DNA of 32,181 bases from a virus (IMGVR_UViG_3300030330_001729:1-32181), one strand, 5' to 3'. Positions 17,236-27,439 are shown, counted from the stretch's first letter. Translations and numbers: made by a program. The notes: a model not told the origin generated them from the sequence alone.

Positions 17236-20200
17236 GCCAAGCACAAACTGGTCCGGCTATTAACCCGGAAGAAATCGTGCCAAATGGCACGCCTGCAAAT
17301 GCAGAGGCTCAAGTCCAAACAACTCCCGAAACGCCGGAACAAGAGTACAAGGCACGTATGTCGCCTGATGACTTGCGTAAGGCAATCAGTGAACGAGCGG
17401 CAACTATGTCCGCTGACGGTAAAAGCCAAGAAGAGATCACTGAAGCCCTACAAACTGAATTTGGTCAGCAAATGCCTGAGCCGTCACCTGAAGAAGCAGG
17501 AACGGTTCAAGCCATGCAGTCTGGCGAAGTAGCCAAGTATGACGCTGATAAGCTCATAGAAGCTGCTGGTCAGCCTGATGTTCCGGGCATTGGCGGTATC
17601 ACGGAAGAGGAACTAGAAGCCCGTGCGCCGGAGGCTGAAAAGCAGCGGCGAGATCAACTGCCTGTCCTAGATAGGATGGTCGAAAACTACACAGGCTTCT
17701 ATCACGACGCTCATGGCAATATTTCGCCAGAAATGCAGTTTATCGAGCAGTGGATTGACCGGCCTATGTATGGCGGATTTATTCCACGTGATCCAATCAA
17801 TTCACTTTCCTATGCCCTGAGTGCTGCACGCGGCGCAGGAAAGATGCTTCTTTCTGTCAACAATATGATTCTGGGTGCTGCCGGATATGAACTGGATGAG
17901 CTACCAAATCCTGACACCGCACTGGGAACAAGCCAGAACAACTGGGGACCGGGCTTTGTCGAAGGCGGCACACAGTGGGGCTTGACTGCCCTTGCTGTCG
18001 CGTCGGGTGCTTACGCCCTTGCTCCTGGTGCAACGGCTGCTGCTCCGGGCTTTACAGGTGTGTTCTCTGGCACTGTCGGAGACATGGTTGCGTTTGACCC
18101 ACGCCAACCAAGCCTTGTCTCACTGGCTCGTGAGTTCACTGGCCCAGAATTGCAAGAGTACATGATGAACAAGGGGGGCTTATTTGCCTTTGCTGCACCA
18201 TTTGTTGGTGAAGAGGCTGATGATTTCCTAAAGCTGTTTGATCCTAAGTACATTGCCGAAACTGGCGGTGGTCAGGCTGTCGCCCGTTCTGCATTAGCAC
18301 TAGAAGGCTTCTTTGCCGCCATGACTATTGGTGGATTCTTCAAGGCTATCGGCGGGTCAGTACGCGGCTTTGACGCTATCGGAAGAGGCTTCGACTCCAG
18401 TACGCCTAAAGCCTCCGCCACCCCTATTCCGGGTGTTACGCAAGATCAGTTCCAGAAACTAATGATGGAAATGCCCCCGGAGATCCGCGATCTTCCGATG
18501 GATTCCGAGGCAGCCAAACGCTTTGCTCGCTATGTAAGTGAAGTTGTTGCGCGTGGAGCTAGAGCCGAGCAGTTGTACGCTGAAGGTTTGTCTAACCGCG
18601 AAGTGATTAGCAGGCTCGATGATGAGTTCGGTGGCACTGTCCAACAGCTTAAAGATGAGCATTGGCTTGAAGGCCAAGCAATCATGTTCTATCAGGCAAT
18701 GAGGAACACAGACAATCCTGTCACCATGCGACAAGCCCGTATTGCTGTAAATGGATTTGCTAAAGCTGGGCAAGATGTAACAAACAACTTCTTTGTCTCC
18801 CCCGCTCTTACCAAAGAAGCAGATGAAGCTATTGGTCGGCAGGCTATGGCTCCGACTCGTGAAGAACGACTGCAGCAAGTGTACGAAGCTGACTATAAGC
18901 AGCGGGTCAAAGATGCCGAGGCTGAAGGGAAGCCGATTCCAGAAAGAGCCACATCTGAAGATGAGGTGCTGCAACGTGGCGCTCAAGTTGAGTATGACCA
19001 GAAGCGGCAATCTATAATTGATGAAATCCGAGAGTCTCGCGGCATAGGTGATGACACTGATGCGTATGACGCTGAAACGGATAGACTTGTTAGACAAGCA
19101 GTCAAAAAGTTTGAAGCAGAGAACGTCAATCCACGGGAATATGGAGGCAGTGCTGCAGTCGTATTGAACCCACGGCCTTGGGTACAAGAAAAACTGACCC
19201 CCGCTGAAAAGCGATTTTGGGAAGAAGAAGCTGCTGGCGGCCTGGCCCAAGAAATGCGGGAAGCTGGGATCTACTACAAGGATGGCAAACTTGAAGTCCA
19301 TGATGCTGGGCTGGCCGACGATTACCTTTCAGACCTACTGGCTCTTCCACCGCAGGACCGCCCAAAGTTGCCGCCGTCGTTTTACCGCGAAGACTTCCTT
19401 AACAAGTTCAAAGACCCTGATGGCAACCTTATGGGTACTTCTCGCCCCGGCCAAGTCCAAGGACCGCTTAGGCCACCCGGTGACAGGCGACTGTTTCAGA
19501 CAGATGCCGAAGGCAACGTCAAAGGCAGCGTGCGTATTGACGAATACGATGAAGCAGCATTTATCACCTTGTACAAAACTGCTGACATTGACACAGTGAA
19601 CGAGGAAATGGCTCACGTGCTACGGGGTCAGCTTCTTGGCCCACGTGCAAAGCATCTGGCGAAAGGTAACAAGGGTACGCTCAAGCTCGATGAGATTGAA
19701 AAGGTTGAAGAACACTACGGCGTTGTCGATGGAAAATGGACAGAAGACCAAGAAGAAGCATTCGCCCGCGATATGCGAGCATTCATTCTGGACAACCAAG
19801 ATAGTCCAGAACTAAGCAAGGAATTTTCTTGGATGGCTGCCCATCTAAGAACTGTCCTGGATGACGCTAAGAATGGCGGCCTGTCCCAAGAACTAACTGA
19901 CGCTTCCGTAAACCTGTGGGCAATTCTGAAGAATAAGCGCAACTTGCCTATTCGGTACGGAGACAACCAGTACATTCCGGCACAGGACTGGTCCGCACTC
20001 ACTGCACGTATTGCAGAGCTTGAAGAACAGGGCATACCTTGGCAGTCCGTGATCGACCACAACGACTTGCTGGCTAATGCCGGGCTTCGCCAGACTCTTG
20101 ATGGCAAGGGCGATCTTCAGAAAATCGTTGCACTCTCCGATGACCTAGCCCGCGAAATGCGAGAGAAAAACGTACTTGGCAGACCCAAGGGCGATACACA

Positions 20201-23123
20201 GCTAAATGACAGCGCGTATCAGTTGTATGCAGACCTGACCGGGCAAGATGTTGATGAAGCTATTGCGATGCTTAGCTCCACCAACCATGTGGCTCAAGAC
20301 TTGGACGATCAGGTTGTAGCTGGAAATATCATTCTTGTTGGCGTGCTTGAAGACCTTATGGAATCCGTCAAGCGAGCGGACAGAAGCCAAAAGGTTACTG
20401 ATTTGGCGATAGTCCAAATGAAGTACATGAAGTTCCAAGAACTTTCAAATGTAATCGCTAGGCTGAAAACGCAAACTGGCCGAGCGTTGCGGGCCTACCG
20501 ATGGCCGGGCCATGTGCTTCCGACCGAGAAAGCATTGCAAAACGAAGAAGTCGCACTGGAGTATCTGAGGCAGGCTCGCGGAGAGCGGAGGTTTGGTGAT
20601 CCAGGAACAATTGCTGGGCAAGAGCTTCTTGACAACCTTCGTGGCCTAACTGTTGTGGATGATGCACGACTTATTGCTGAGACTGTTCGTGACGCTAACA
20701 GGCAGTGGGGTTCAAGAGCTACTGGTGTATTCCATGAGTTCTACGTCAACGGCCTGCTTGCCAGTGGAACTACGTGGGCCGGTGTGTCCACTGTGTCGCC
20801 GCTCGCAATTATGTTCTCTGAAGGTGGAGCCAAGCTGCTTTACTCTGGACTTATGGCAACAGTAAGCCGAGAGCAACGAGCCGTTTTCAAAGAGACACTG
20901 AACAACATCGGCCTTTATTTGAGCAACCTTAAGAAATCGGCAAACTACGCGGCTAGGGCATTTATGAAAGAAGAAGGCGTGATGATGGGTCCATCGGCAC
21001 GCCTTGACGATGCTGAGTTTGTGCGGCAAGCCACGAAGATTAACTACGAAGGTGACAACTTCATCCTTCAAGGTCTTGCTGGCCTATCAAACTTCCTTAC
21101 CCGGAATGTTGTTCGGCTTCCATCACGAGCCATTACCAGTGTTGACGAATTCTTCCGACAGCTTGTTGGTCGCACTGCAGCAATGAACGAGGTCACAACT
21201 ACGAACCTAAATACAATGCTTAAAAGCGCTCAGGATCACGGCAAACTGCCGTTTGAAGATGCCAATGGCAAGCCTATTGATATCTACCACCCTGAATTCC
21301 AGAAGTGGATGAAGGAAGACACTCAGGTAGAAGCGCTAAATAAGGCTGTAAAGAGAGACTATGAGCGAATTATCAAAGATGGCCGGTTGCGAAACAGGAC
21401 CGCACTTCTTGAAGAAGCAAGGCAAGACCCTGCTGTCATAGCAATGCAAGAAGAGAACCGAGTCCGCGCTGGGTTTATGATAAATGAATACATCGACCGC
21501 GAAGCCAGAAAGCAACCCGCCGATGTAGTCAAGAAAGTAGAAGACAAATCAAAGGACGTTGTGCTTCAGGCGGAGCTTGGGGAATTTGGGCAGAAGATCC
21601 AGGGCGTTCTTGATGCTTCTCCAATGGGTTCGTTCCGTGTGGTAGTCCCCTTCTACCGCACTCCAGTCAACTCGTTCAAAAGGGCTGCTGTGTACCTTTC
21701 CCCTGCTTCGGCTGCTGGCGAAGTTGCAATTCGGTTGCACCGGACATTTACAGGCAAGGGGTTTACCTTGCCGCAAGACAGTCAAATCAAATGGTTTTAC
21801 AAGAGCCATCTGGAAGACCTTGCCTCGAACGATCCACGCCGTGTAGCCGAAGCACGAGCCAAGCAGCTTGTTGGCACTGGCATGATGCTAACCGCATTTG
21901 AGCTTGTTTCTAATGATCGCCTTTCGGGAGCAGGCCCGGAAGATCCTGAACTACGAAAAGCGTGGATGGCGACGGGCTGGCGGCCTTATTCGATCAAGAT
22001 TGGCAACACTTGGTATTCCTACAGAAAGATGGACCCTGCGGGAACAATGTTAGGTGTCATTGCCGACTTCCACGAAATGTCTATTGACAACTCTGCTTAC
22101 GGAGAAATTCGTGAAGCTGAAGCTGTCCACGTTGCAGTTCTATGCTCACTCCTTATGTCCTTCAAAGACAAGTCCATGTTGCAAGGTATGGATCAAATAC
22201 TAGAAGTTGGCAGTAACCCTCGTAGTGACAAGGCTAAGACAACAATGAGGCGGCTCATGGTTAGCGCTACGCCCGGCGTAAATGTTCTGGGAGCGTTGCA
22301 GCGTAAGGTCATTCAGCTTATTAATCCTGAGATTCGTGAGGCACGCAATCTCGTTGACCAATATCGAGAGAACACCTTGCTGGGCGACGCCACTAAAGTA
22401 CCACCAAGGTACGACACGCTTGGCAGGGAAGTTACACGTAATGTGGCTGAGACTCCGATAGCCATGCGGGTCGCAAACCTGTTTACGCCATTTGAAATGT
22501 CACCTGAAACTGCAGACCCCGCCAGCATAGCAATGGCCGCGTGGAAAATTCCACAGACCGCACCAAGGGAAGAACAGTACAACGTGGACTTGACTACGTT
22601 GCCCGGCATTGATGGACAGTGGACAGCACACGAGTCACACCAGATGCTTATTGGTTCATCAGCAGGTGATCGGGTTATTCGCCTTGAGTATTCCGACCCG
22701 ACTACTCCCGGTGCAAGGCCCAAGATGTACACACTTGAAGAGCTTGTGGTTGCTCACTGGAATGGAGAGTTCAAAGATGAAGGCCGCAGAATGGCGGAGT
22801 CAATGTCTAAGAGTGATCCAGAGGTGACACAGATTCAAGAGTTCATGTCTGAGCAGTTGACTCGTTACCGCAGGGAGTCATTGAAACGGCTTACTGGATA
22901 TGTTGACAGACCTGGCTCTCGTGTTGGTGGACTTATCCCTGAAGTTGAATCAGCAATGGTGGCAAACGAATTGCACGAGGCTCGCGTTCAACTGAAATTT
23001 GACCAAGACCGAGGAGCGGCTTCTGGAGCAATTCAGCAACAAAGGCGGTTTATCAAAGGTCTTGTGGACCGTGAAAGTGAACTTCAGCAGTTGATTGAAC
23101 AAAGCTCTATGGGGGGTAATTGA
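17232..23123 (+). CDS. Large internal virion (ejection) protein, T7 gp16-like
   Basis: 1963 aa; EFYVNGLL, LPSRAITSVDEFFR, VVPFYRTPVN, GWRPYSIKIGNTWYSYRKMDP motifs seen in large core proteins of T7-like phages; synteny. Confidence 0.8.
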   Translation: MSQAQTGPAINPEEIVPNGTPANAEAQVQTTPETPEQEYKARMSPDDLRKAISERAATMSADGKSQEEITEALQTEFGQQMPEPSPEEAGTVQAMQSGEVAKYDADKLIEAAGQPDVPGIGGITEEELEARAPEAEKQRRDQLPVLDRMVENYTGFYHDAHGNISPEMQFIEQWIDRPMYGGFIPRDPINSLSYALSAARGAGKMLLSVNNMILGAAGYELDELPNPDTALGTSQNNWGPGFVEGGTQWGLTALAVASGAYALAPGATAAAPGFTGVFSGTVGDMVAFDPRQPSLVSLAREFTGPELQEYMMNKGGLFAFAAPFVGEEADDFLKLFDPKYIAETGGGQAVARSALALEGFFAAMTIGGFFKAIGGSVRGFDAIGRGFDSSTPKASATPIPGVTQDQFQKLMMEMPPEIRDLPMDSEAAKRFARYVSEVVARGARAEQLYAEGLSNREVISRLDDEFGGTVQQLKDEHWLEGQAIMFYQAMRNTDNPVTMRQARIAVNGFAKAGQDVTNNFFVSPALTKEADEAIGRQAMAPTREERLQQVYEADYKQRVKDAEAEGKPIPERATSEDEVLQRGAQVEYDQKRQSIIDEIRESRGIGDDTDAYDAETDRLVRQAVKKFEAENVNPREYGGSAAVVLNPRPWVQEKLTPAEKRFWEEEAAGGLAQEMREAGIYYKDGKLEVHDAGLADDYLSDLLALPPQDRPKLPPSFYREDFLNKFKDPDGNLMGTSRPGQVQGPLRPPGDRRLFQTDAEGNVKGSVRIDEYDEAAFITLYKTADIDTVNEEMAHVLRGQLLGPRAKHLAKGNKGTLKLDEIEKVEEHYGVVDGKWTEDQEEAFARDMRAFILDNQDSPELSKEFSWMAAHLRTVLDDAKNGGLSQELTDASVNLWAILKNKRNLPIRYGDNQYIPAQDWSALTARIAELEEQGIPWQSVIDHNDLLANAGLRQTLDGKGDLQKIVALSDDLAREMREKNVLGRPKGDTQLNDSAYQLYADLTGQDVDEAIAMLSSTNHVAQDLDDQVVAGNIILVGVLEDLMESVKRADRSQKVTDLAIVQMKYMKFQELSNVIARLKTQTGRALRAYRWPGHVLPTEKALQNEEVALEYLRQARGERRFGDPGTIAGQELLDNLRGLTVVDDARLIAETVRDANRQWGSRATGVFHEFYVNGLLASGTTWAGVSTVSPLAIMFSEGGAKLLYSGLMATVSREQRAVFKETLNNIGLYLSNLKKSANYAARAFMKEEGVMMGPSARLDDAEFVRQATKINYEGDNFILQGLAGLSNFLTRNVVRLPSRAITSVDEFFRQLVGRTAAMNEVTTTNLNTMLKSAQDHGKLPFEDANGKPIDIYHPEFQKWMKEDTQVEALNKAVKRDYERIIKDGRLRNRTALLEEARQDPAVIAMQEENRVRAGFMINEYIDREARKQPADVVKKVEDKSKDVVLQAELGEFGQKIQGVLDASPMGSFRVVVPFYRTPVNSFKRAAVYLSPASAAGEVAIRLHRTFTGKGFTLPQDSQIKWFYKSHLEDLASNDPRRVAEARAKQLVGTGMMLTAFELVSNDRLSGAGPEDPELRKAWMATGWRPYSIKIGNTWYSYRKMDPAGTMLGVIADFHEMSIDNSAYGEIREAEAVHVAVLCSLLMSFKDKSMLQGMDQILEVGSNPRSDKAKTTMRRLMVSATPGVNVLGALQRKVIQLINPEIREARNLVDQYRENTLLGDATKVPPRYDTLGREVTRNVAETPIAMRVANLFTPFEMSPETADPASIAMAAWKIPQTAPREEQYNVDLTTLPGIDGQWTAHESHQMLIGSSAGDRVIRLEYSDPTTPGARPKMYTLEELVVAHWNGEFKDEGRRMAESMSKSDPEVTQIQEFMSEQLTRYRRESLKRLTGYVDRPGSRVGGLIPEVESAMVANELHEARVQLKFDQDRGAASGAIQQQRRFIKGLVDRESELQQLIEQSSMGGN
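17276..17291. repeat. 16-bp palindrome copy 4 (CGTGCCAAATGGCACG, perfect)
   Basis: Perfect core 44 nt inside CDS 17232-23123. Confidence 0.9.
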
Positions 23124-23124
23124 C

Positions 23125-23400
23125 ATGAGTTCTGAACTTGAAGGCATGGCAAATCTGTATGACGATTATTTGCTGATGCTTCTAAAAAACGGTCGCACTG
23201 TTATCAATGACAATGGCGACATCGTTCAAGTACCCCTGTCTGCTTCTGACCTGAACGTCATTAGGCAGCGATTGAAGGATTGTGGCATAACAGCCATACC
23301 GACCAACAGCAACCCTATTGGTCACATTGTCGAAGAGATGCAGCGGCGTGGTCGCAAGCTACCCGCCCTTGATGATTCAGAAGACGCAGCAACCGCTTAG
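23125..23400 (+). CDS. terS: Terminase small subunit, T7 gp18-like
   Basis: 91 aa; SASDLNVIRQRLKDCGITA motif; upstream of TerL. Confidence 0.8.
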   Translation: MSSELEGMANLYDDYLLMLLKNGRTVINDNGDIVQVPLSASDLNVIRQRLKDCGITAIPTNSNPIGHIVEEMQRRGRKLPALDDSEDAATA

Positions 23401-23412
23401 GGGATTATTTAT

Positions 23413-23709
23413 ATGTCATGCAATGACTGTGACCACTCGAAAGAGGGGTACAGCCTTGTCTTCGTGGACTGGGTGGACTCCTGTGAACCAGCAGATAATT
23501 CAGACATTGATGTCTATGACATGCCTGAGCCGCAACGGCTTTTCAATGTGGGGTTCTTGCTGCATGACGAAGAAGACCACATAGTGGTCGCTGGTGGTTT
23601 CAAGCCTGCACTTGAAACCTTTGATTATGTGATTGCTATACCGCGTGTCGCCATCAATGCGATCCGTCCACTGGACATGTTCAGCGGAAACACGAACGAG
23701 GATGCCTGA
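23413..23709 (+). CDS. Small acidic hypothetical phage protein
   Basis: 98 aa; LVFVDWVDS...VGFLL...IVVA...IAIPRVAI pattern recurrent in phage hypothetical proteins. Confidence 0.7.
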   Translation: MSCNDCDHSKEGYSLVFVDWVDSCEPADNSDIDVYDMPEPQRLFNVGFLLHDEEDHIVVAGGFKPALETFDYVIAIPRVAINAIRPLDMFSGNTNEDA

Positions 23710-24569
23710 TGGTTCCATTTCAAGTCGAAGAAATAAGCCGAAACGTACACGTGGTTCGGATAGATGCCTCATCTTCTGGATTCGATTGGCAATGCTTGCT
23801 CTCATCGGATCGACACCACGACAACGGCCACACCAGTCACAAGCTAGAAAGAAAGCACCTGGAAATTGCCAAGGCAACCGGGGCCGGAATTGTAGATGTG
23901 GGCGATCTTCACTGTGCCATGCAAGGCAAGTGGGACAAGCGATCAGACTTGACTGCTACTCGCCCAGAGCAGCAGAACGGAAGATATCTGGACTCGCTGG
24001 TCGAATGTGCCGCCGATTTCTACGCCCCATACGCGGAGAACTTCATCGTCATAGGTCGCGGAAACCATGAGCAGTCGATTCTGAAACGGCATGAGACTGA
24101 CTTGACCGAGCGGACATGTGAGCGAATGAGCCAATTAAGTGGGTCGAAGGTCTATGCTGGGGGCTACGGTGGATGGATTAGATTCATCTTCCATGAAACC
24201 AAGACCCGGCGGCAAGTGGTCAACCTCAAATACTGGCACGGAGCGGGCGGAGGCGGCCCTGTGACGCGAGGTGTCATCAGAACCAACAGGATGGCCGTAT
24301 ACCTCCCTGACGCTCATCTGGTGGTCACAGGCCACACACACGATCAATGGCTCGTCCCCATTGCTAGAGAGCGTCTGACGCAGCGTGGGGCCGTCACAAT
24401 GGACGAGCAGTTGCACGTTCGGTGCGGCACGTACAAAGACGAGTACGGAGACGGCCATTCGGGCTGGCATATCGAGCGAGGCGGACCCCCGAAACCAATC
24501 GGCGCTCAATGGCTCCGGTTCTATCGGGAAGGTAATCATGTGAAATACACGGTGTCACGAGCAAAATAA
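23709..24569 (+). CDS. Calcineurin-like metallophosphoesterase
   Basis: All five motifs present: SDRH, VGDLH, GNHE, WHG, GHTH; 286 aa. Confidence 0.88.
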   Translation: MVPFQVEEISRNVHVVRIDASSSGFDWQCLLSSDRHHDNGHTSHKLERKHLEIAKATGAGIVDVGDLHCAMQGKWDKRSDLTATRPEQQNGRYLDSLVECAADFYAPYAENFIVIGRGNHEQSILKRHETDLTERTCERMSQLSGSKVYAGGYGGWIRFIFHETKTRRQVVNLKYWHGAGGGGPVTRGVIRTNRMAVYLPDAHLVVTGHTHDQWLVPIARERLTQRGAVTMDEQLHVRCGTYKDEYGDGHSGWHIERGGPPKPIGAQWLRFYREGNHVKYTVSRAK

Positions 24570-24588
24570 ACGTGCCAATTTGCACGTT
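24569..24588. repeat. 16-bp palindrome copy 5 (AA-CGTGCCAATTTGCACG-TT, 2 mismatches in core)
   Basis: Core 24571-24586 with flanking AA/TT symmetry; fills most of the 30-nt gap before terL. Confidence 0.7.
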
Positions 24589-24599
24589 GGAGAAAGTCA

Positions 24600-26306
24600 A
24601 TGGACGAACGCAAGCAATTAGAGGCTTATGTCGAGCGGCTTGCGAGTGATTTGGAGTTCTTTGCGGCTGAATTGTGGGACGCTATTGACATGCCTCCACT
24701 TGCTCGCCACCAGAGGCAGCAATGCCGCTGGCTGCAGGAAGGCCCGTACCGAAGAGGCATTCGAGCTTTTCGAGGTGCATCGAAGACCTGGCTAACGCTG
24801 GGGTATTGCCTTTGGCTGTGGTTCAACAACCCTGAAGAACGCATCTTGCTGATCTCTAAATCGGAAAAGCACAGCCGGGATTCGCTGTTCATGATCCGAA
24901 GGTGGATCAATCAAGTCCCTTGGCTGGCTCATTTGGCCCCTGACCGGCGTGCCGGGCAGCGTGACAGTGCCACAAAGTTCGATATCGGCCCGGCTACCGA
25001 TGATCGAAGCCCGTCATTTACGGCTGCTTCGGTTTCCGGCCAGATCACAGGGTCACGTGCTACTTTGGTCATTCTCGATGACGCTGAAACGAGTGAAAAC
25101 TCGATTAGTGCCGAGATGCGTGACCGGCTCAGGGATCAGGTTCGTGAAATTGAGAACGTCCTGGTCCCCGGCGGACCCGGTTGTGTGGTGCTGGGAACGC
25201 CTCACCACCAAGAAAGTCTCTATGACAAGCTCCGCGAGGGCGGATATTCGTTCCAAGCATGGCCCTGCCGCTACCCTAGTAGCGCCGAAAAGACTGATGA
25301 CCTTGCTGATGCGATGATTGAGGATGTGGAAACGGGATTTGCCAAGGAAGGCGACCCTACATGGCCTACCCGATTCACCTCCCAAGAGCTTGACGAACGC
25401 GAAGGTGCGTTAGGCCGGTCTTCCTTCAACATGCAGATGATGCTTCGGACCCATGCTGCAGACGGCGACCAGTATCCGCTGCGGCTTTCGGACCTCATTG
25501 TCCACCCTGTCAACGTAAATCGCGCCCCATTGACCATTGCGTGGGGCCAAACAAATGACCGTGGCGGCACAACTCGCATTCAAGAAATACGAAGCCTTGG
25601 TTTTAACCTTGATGGCTTCTTCGCCCCCATCATGTTCTCGAACGATTGGGCTAATTACACAGGTACATACATGTGGATTGACCCTTCGGGCCGGGGTGCG
25701 GATAAAACAGCATTCGCCATTGTCAGCCACCTGAACGGGACACTATTCACACACGCCGTGGGTGGACTCGATGGCGGATATTCATCCATGACCTTGGAAG
25801 GGCTGGCCCTTCAAGCTCAAACTCACCGAGTTAATCGGATTTACATTGAAAGCAACTTCGGCACTGGAATGCTTGAACAGCTATTCCAGCCGGTTCTACA
25901 GCGGTATTTCATACCCAAAGGCGACGATCAATGCCCAGACGGCTGGGCAGCAAGCATCGAGGGTGTCAGAGTCAGCGGCCAGAAAGAAGTCCGCGTGATA
26001 TCCGCCCTGGAACCCATCATCAATCAGCACCGCCTTGTGATTGACCCCTCAGTGGCTCGAAATGAAGAATTACAGCGGCAGTTCACCCGGATCACTCGTG
26101 ATCGGAACTGTCTTCGGCACGACGATGAACTAGAAGCTCTAGCTATGTGCGTGAAAATGTGGGAAGACGTTATGAACGCCGACCCTACACGCGGAGCCGA
26201 AAGACATCGAGATATGGAATATCAGGCGAAACTAAGGGAGCAATACATGTCACTAGGCAAAACATACGGCGGGAGCCGCTGGTTCCAGCATCAGGGGGTC
26301 AACTGA
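24600..26306 (+). CDS. terL: Terminase large subunit, T7 gp19-like
   Basis: 568 aa; Walker A AFRGASKTW, GQITGSRA, Walker B VILDDAE, LGTPH, nuclease IDPSGRGAD and HDDELEALA; GGAG RBS. Confidence 0.96.
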   Translation: MDERKQLEAYVERLASDLEFFAAELWDAIDMPPLARHQRQQCRWLQEGPYRRGIRAFRGASKTWLTLGYCLWLWFNNPEERILLISKSEKHSRDSLFMIRRWINQVPWLAHLAPDRRAGQRDSATKFDIGPATDDRSPSFTAASVSGQITGSRATLVILDDAETSENSISAEMRDRLRDQVREIENVLVPGGPGCVVLGTPHHQESLYDKLREGGYSFQAWPCRYPSSAEKTDDLADAMIEDVETGFAKEGDPTWPTRFTSQELDEREGALGRSSFNMQMMLRTHAADGDQYPLRLSDLIVHPVNVNRAPLTIAWGQTNDRGGTTRIQEIRSLGFNLDGFFAPIMFSNDWANYTGTYMWIDPSGRGADKTAFAIVSHLNGTLFTHAVGGLDGGYSSMTLEGLALQAQTHRVNRIYIESNFGTGMLEQLFQPVLQRYFIPKGDDQCPDGWAASIEGVRVSGQKEVRVISALEPIINQHRLVIDPSVARNEELQRQFTRITRDRNCLRHDDELEALAMCVKMWEDVMNADPTRGAERHRDMEYQAKLREQYMSLGKTYGGSRWFQHQGVN

Positions 26307-26659
26307 TGCCTTGGGTTACACAAGATGCAGAATGGACAACCCCGCCTGTTGGCGTAAGTTCTATTTGGCAATATGCCGGTGATTACATCAAGCTAAATCC
26401 TCTGGGAACTAGCTATAGCTATGTGACGCACATTCCAATGACGATGATTTGCCTCAACGGGACACTCAAGCTGGGCATCAAGATCAAAGATAAAACGGAA
26501 GGTGATCCTAAGCCAGGATGCTTTGAAACTGATATTTGGGAATATTACCAGTATCACGTGAATCGTGGGAATTTCACTCAGGTCAAAGGCTACTGGAGAT
26601 CGCCTTCGCAACGAGGTCGGGCCAGAATGTCACTGTTGAGCAAGGGCATCAAGAGATAA
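26306..26659 (+). CDS. Hypothetical protein
   Basis: TGATG overlap with terL stop; 117 aa; fills the gap to the next gene. Confidence 0.55.
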   Translation: MPWVTQDAEWTTPPVGVSSIWQYAGDYIKLNPLGTSYSYVTHIPMTMICLNGTLKLGIKIKDKTEGDPKPGCFETDIWEYYQYHVNRGNFTQVKGYWRSPSQRGRARMSLLSKGIKR

Positions 26660-26947
26660 ATGGAAGACGTTAATCAAGCTCTCCACATCGTGGAGACGCT
26701 GGGCTTCCCCATCTTTATTGCCGTGGTCTTGATCGCGGGAATGTATCTGATGTTGCGCTGGATGATGAACACTCTTCTCAGCAAGCTGCAGCAGATGTGG
26801 AACATGATTGTAAAGCTGATCGACAGGATTCGTGCCCTGGATAATTCAATCATCAGGCTCGAAACCATGATTCGATTGATGAAGGATTTACCCCCCGACT
26901 GGGAACGGTTGGGAAAACTAGATGACCAAGACCGCAGGGTCGATTGA
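26660..26947 (+). CDS. Holin-like single-TM protein (YvrJ/BhlA-like architecture)
   Basis: 95 aa; VETLGFPIFIAVVLIAGMYLML TM followed by amphipathic coiled coil; holin role is inference. Confidence 0.6.
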   Translation: MEDVNQALHIVETLGFPIFIAVVLIAGMYLMLRWMMNTLLSKLQQMWNMIVKLIDRIRALDNSIIRLETMIRLMKDLPPDWERLGKLDDQDRRVD

Positions 26948-26955
26948 GGAACACT

Positions 26956-27051
26956 ATGCCCTATAAGAAATCCACCGGAAAAGTCTCCCCCTACAAGGCC
27001 ACTCCCAAGAAGAAAAGACCTTCCAACCGGAAGCCCAAAGGGAAGAAGTAG
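26956..27051 (+). CDS. Small Lys-rich peptide (31 aa; not in the ORF track)
   Basis: GAGGA RBS 5 nt before ATG; MPYKKSTGKVSPYKATPKKKRPSNRKPKGKK. Confidence 0.65.
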   Translation: MPYKKSTGKVSPYKATPKKKRPSNRKPKGKK

Positions 27052-27074
27052 AACAAGGGGGGCCGAAGCCCCCC
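27050..27074 (-). terminator. Terminator between convergent genes, best oriented for the minus strand
   Basis: Minus strand reads GGGGGGC-TTCG-GCCCCCC-TTGTTCT (C-UUCG-G tetraloop followed by a T-rich tail). Confidence 0.75.
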
Positions 27075-27082
27075 CCCATAGT

Positions 27083-27439
27083 TCAGGCGTACACAACTTT
27101 GCCAAATATGGCTGTCTGAAGAAGTACGTCAATATCTACGCCGTCATGCTCAAGATCGACAATCCTGCCAAGGATCTTGCCGTCAATCTTGTCGAAAGCG
27201 TCCAGGATCATGTGGCGAGTGACGTAATGGATTTTCAGGCCACCATCATCGTCTATTTCACGAACTTCAACATGGTCTTCGCCAACATCCAAGAGATTCC
27301 AATTAGGGAATCCAGACCACCAGTGTCCCTGACCAAAGAGCGTGGCATTTGCCATGACCTTTCCAAGCAGATCAAGAAGCTGCACTCTGATGACTGGGAG
27401 ATTTCTGCCGCAGGGAGCAAACCGAACCGAGGAAGTCAT
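27083..27439 (-). CDS. Hypothetical phage protein, the only supported minus-strand gene
   Basis: GGAAAGGG RBS before ATG 27439; C-terminal DIDVLLQTAIFGKVVYA motif recurrent in phage hypotheticals; own UUCG terminator downstream. Confidence 0.75.
   Translation of the reverse strand: MTSSVRFAPCGRNLPVIRVQLLDLLGKVMANATLFGQGHWWSGFPNWNLLDVGEDHVEVREIDDDGGLKIHYVTRHMILDAFDKIDGKILGRIVDLEHDGVDIDVLLQTAIFGKVVYA

Noticed and set aside
18459-19301. 280-aa minus-strand ORF
   Set aside because: Fully antisense to the gp16-like gene; Phe/Leu/Ser-rich composition typical of a shadow frame
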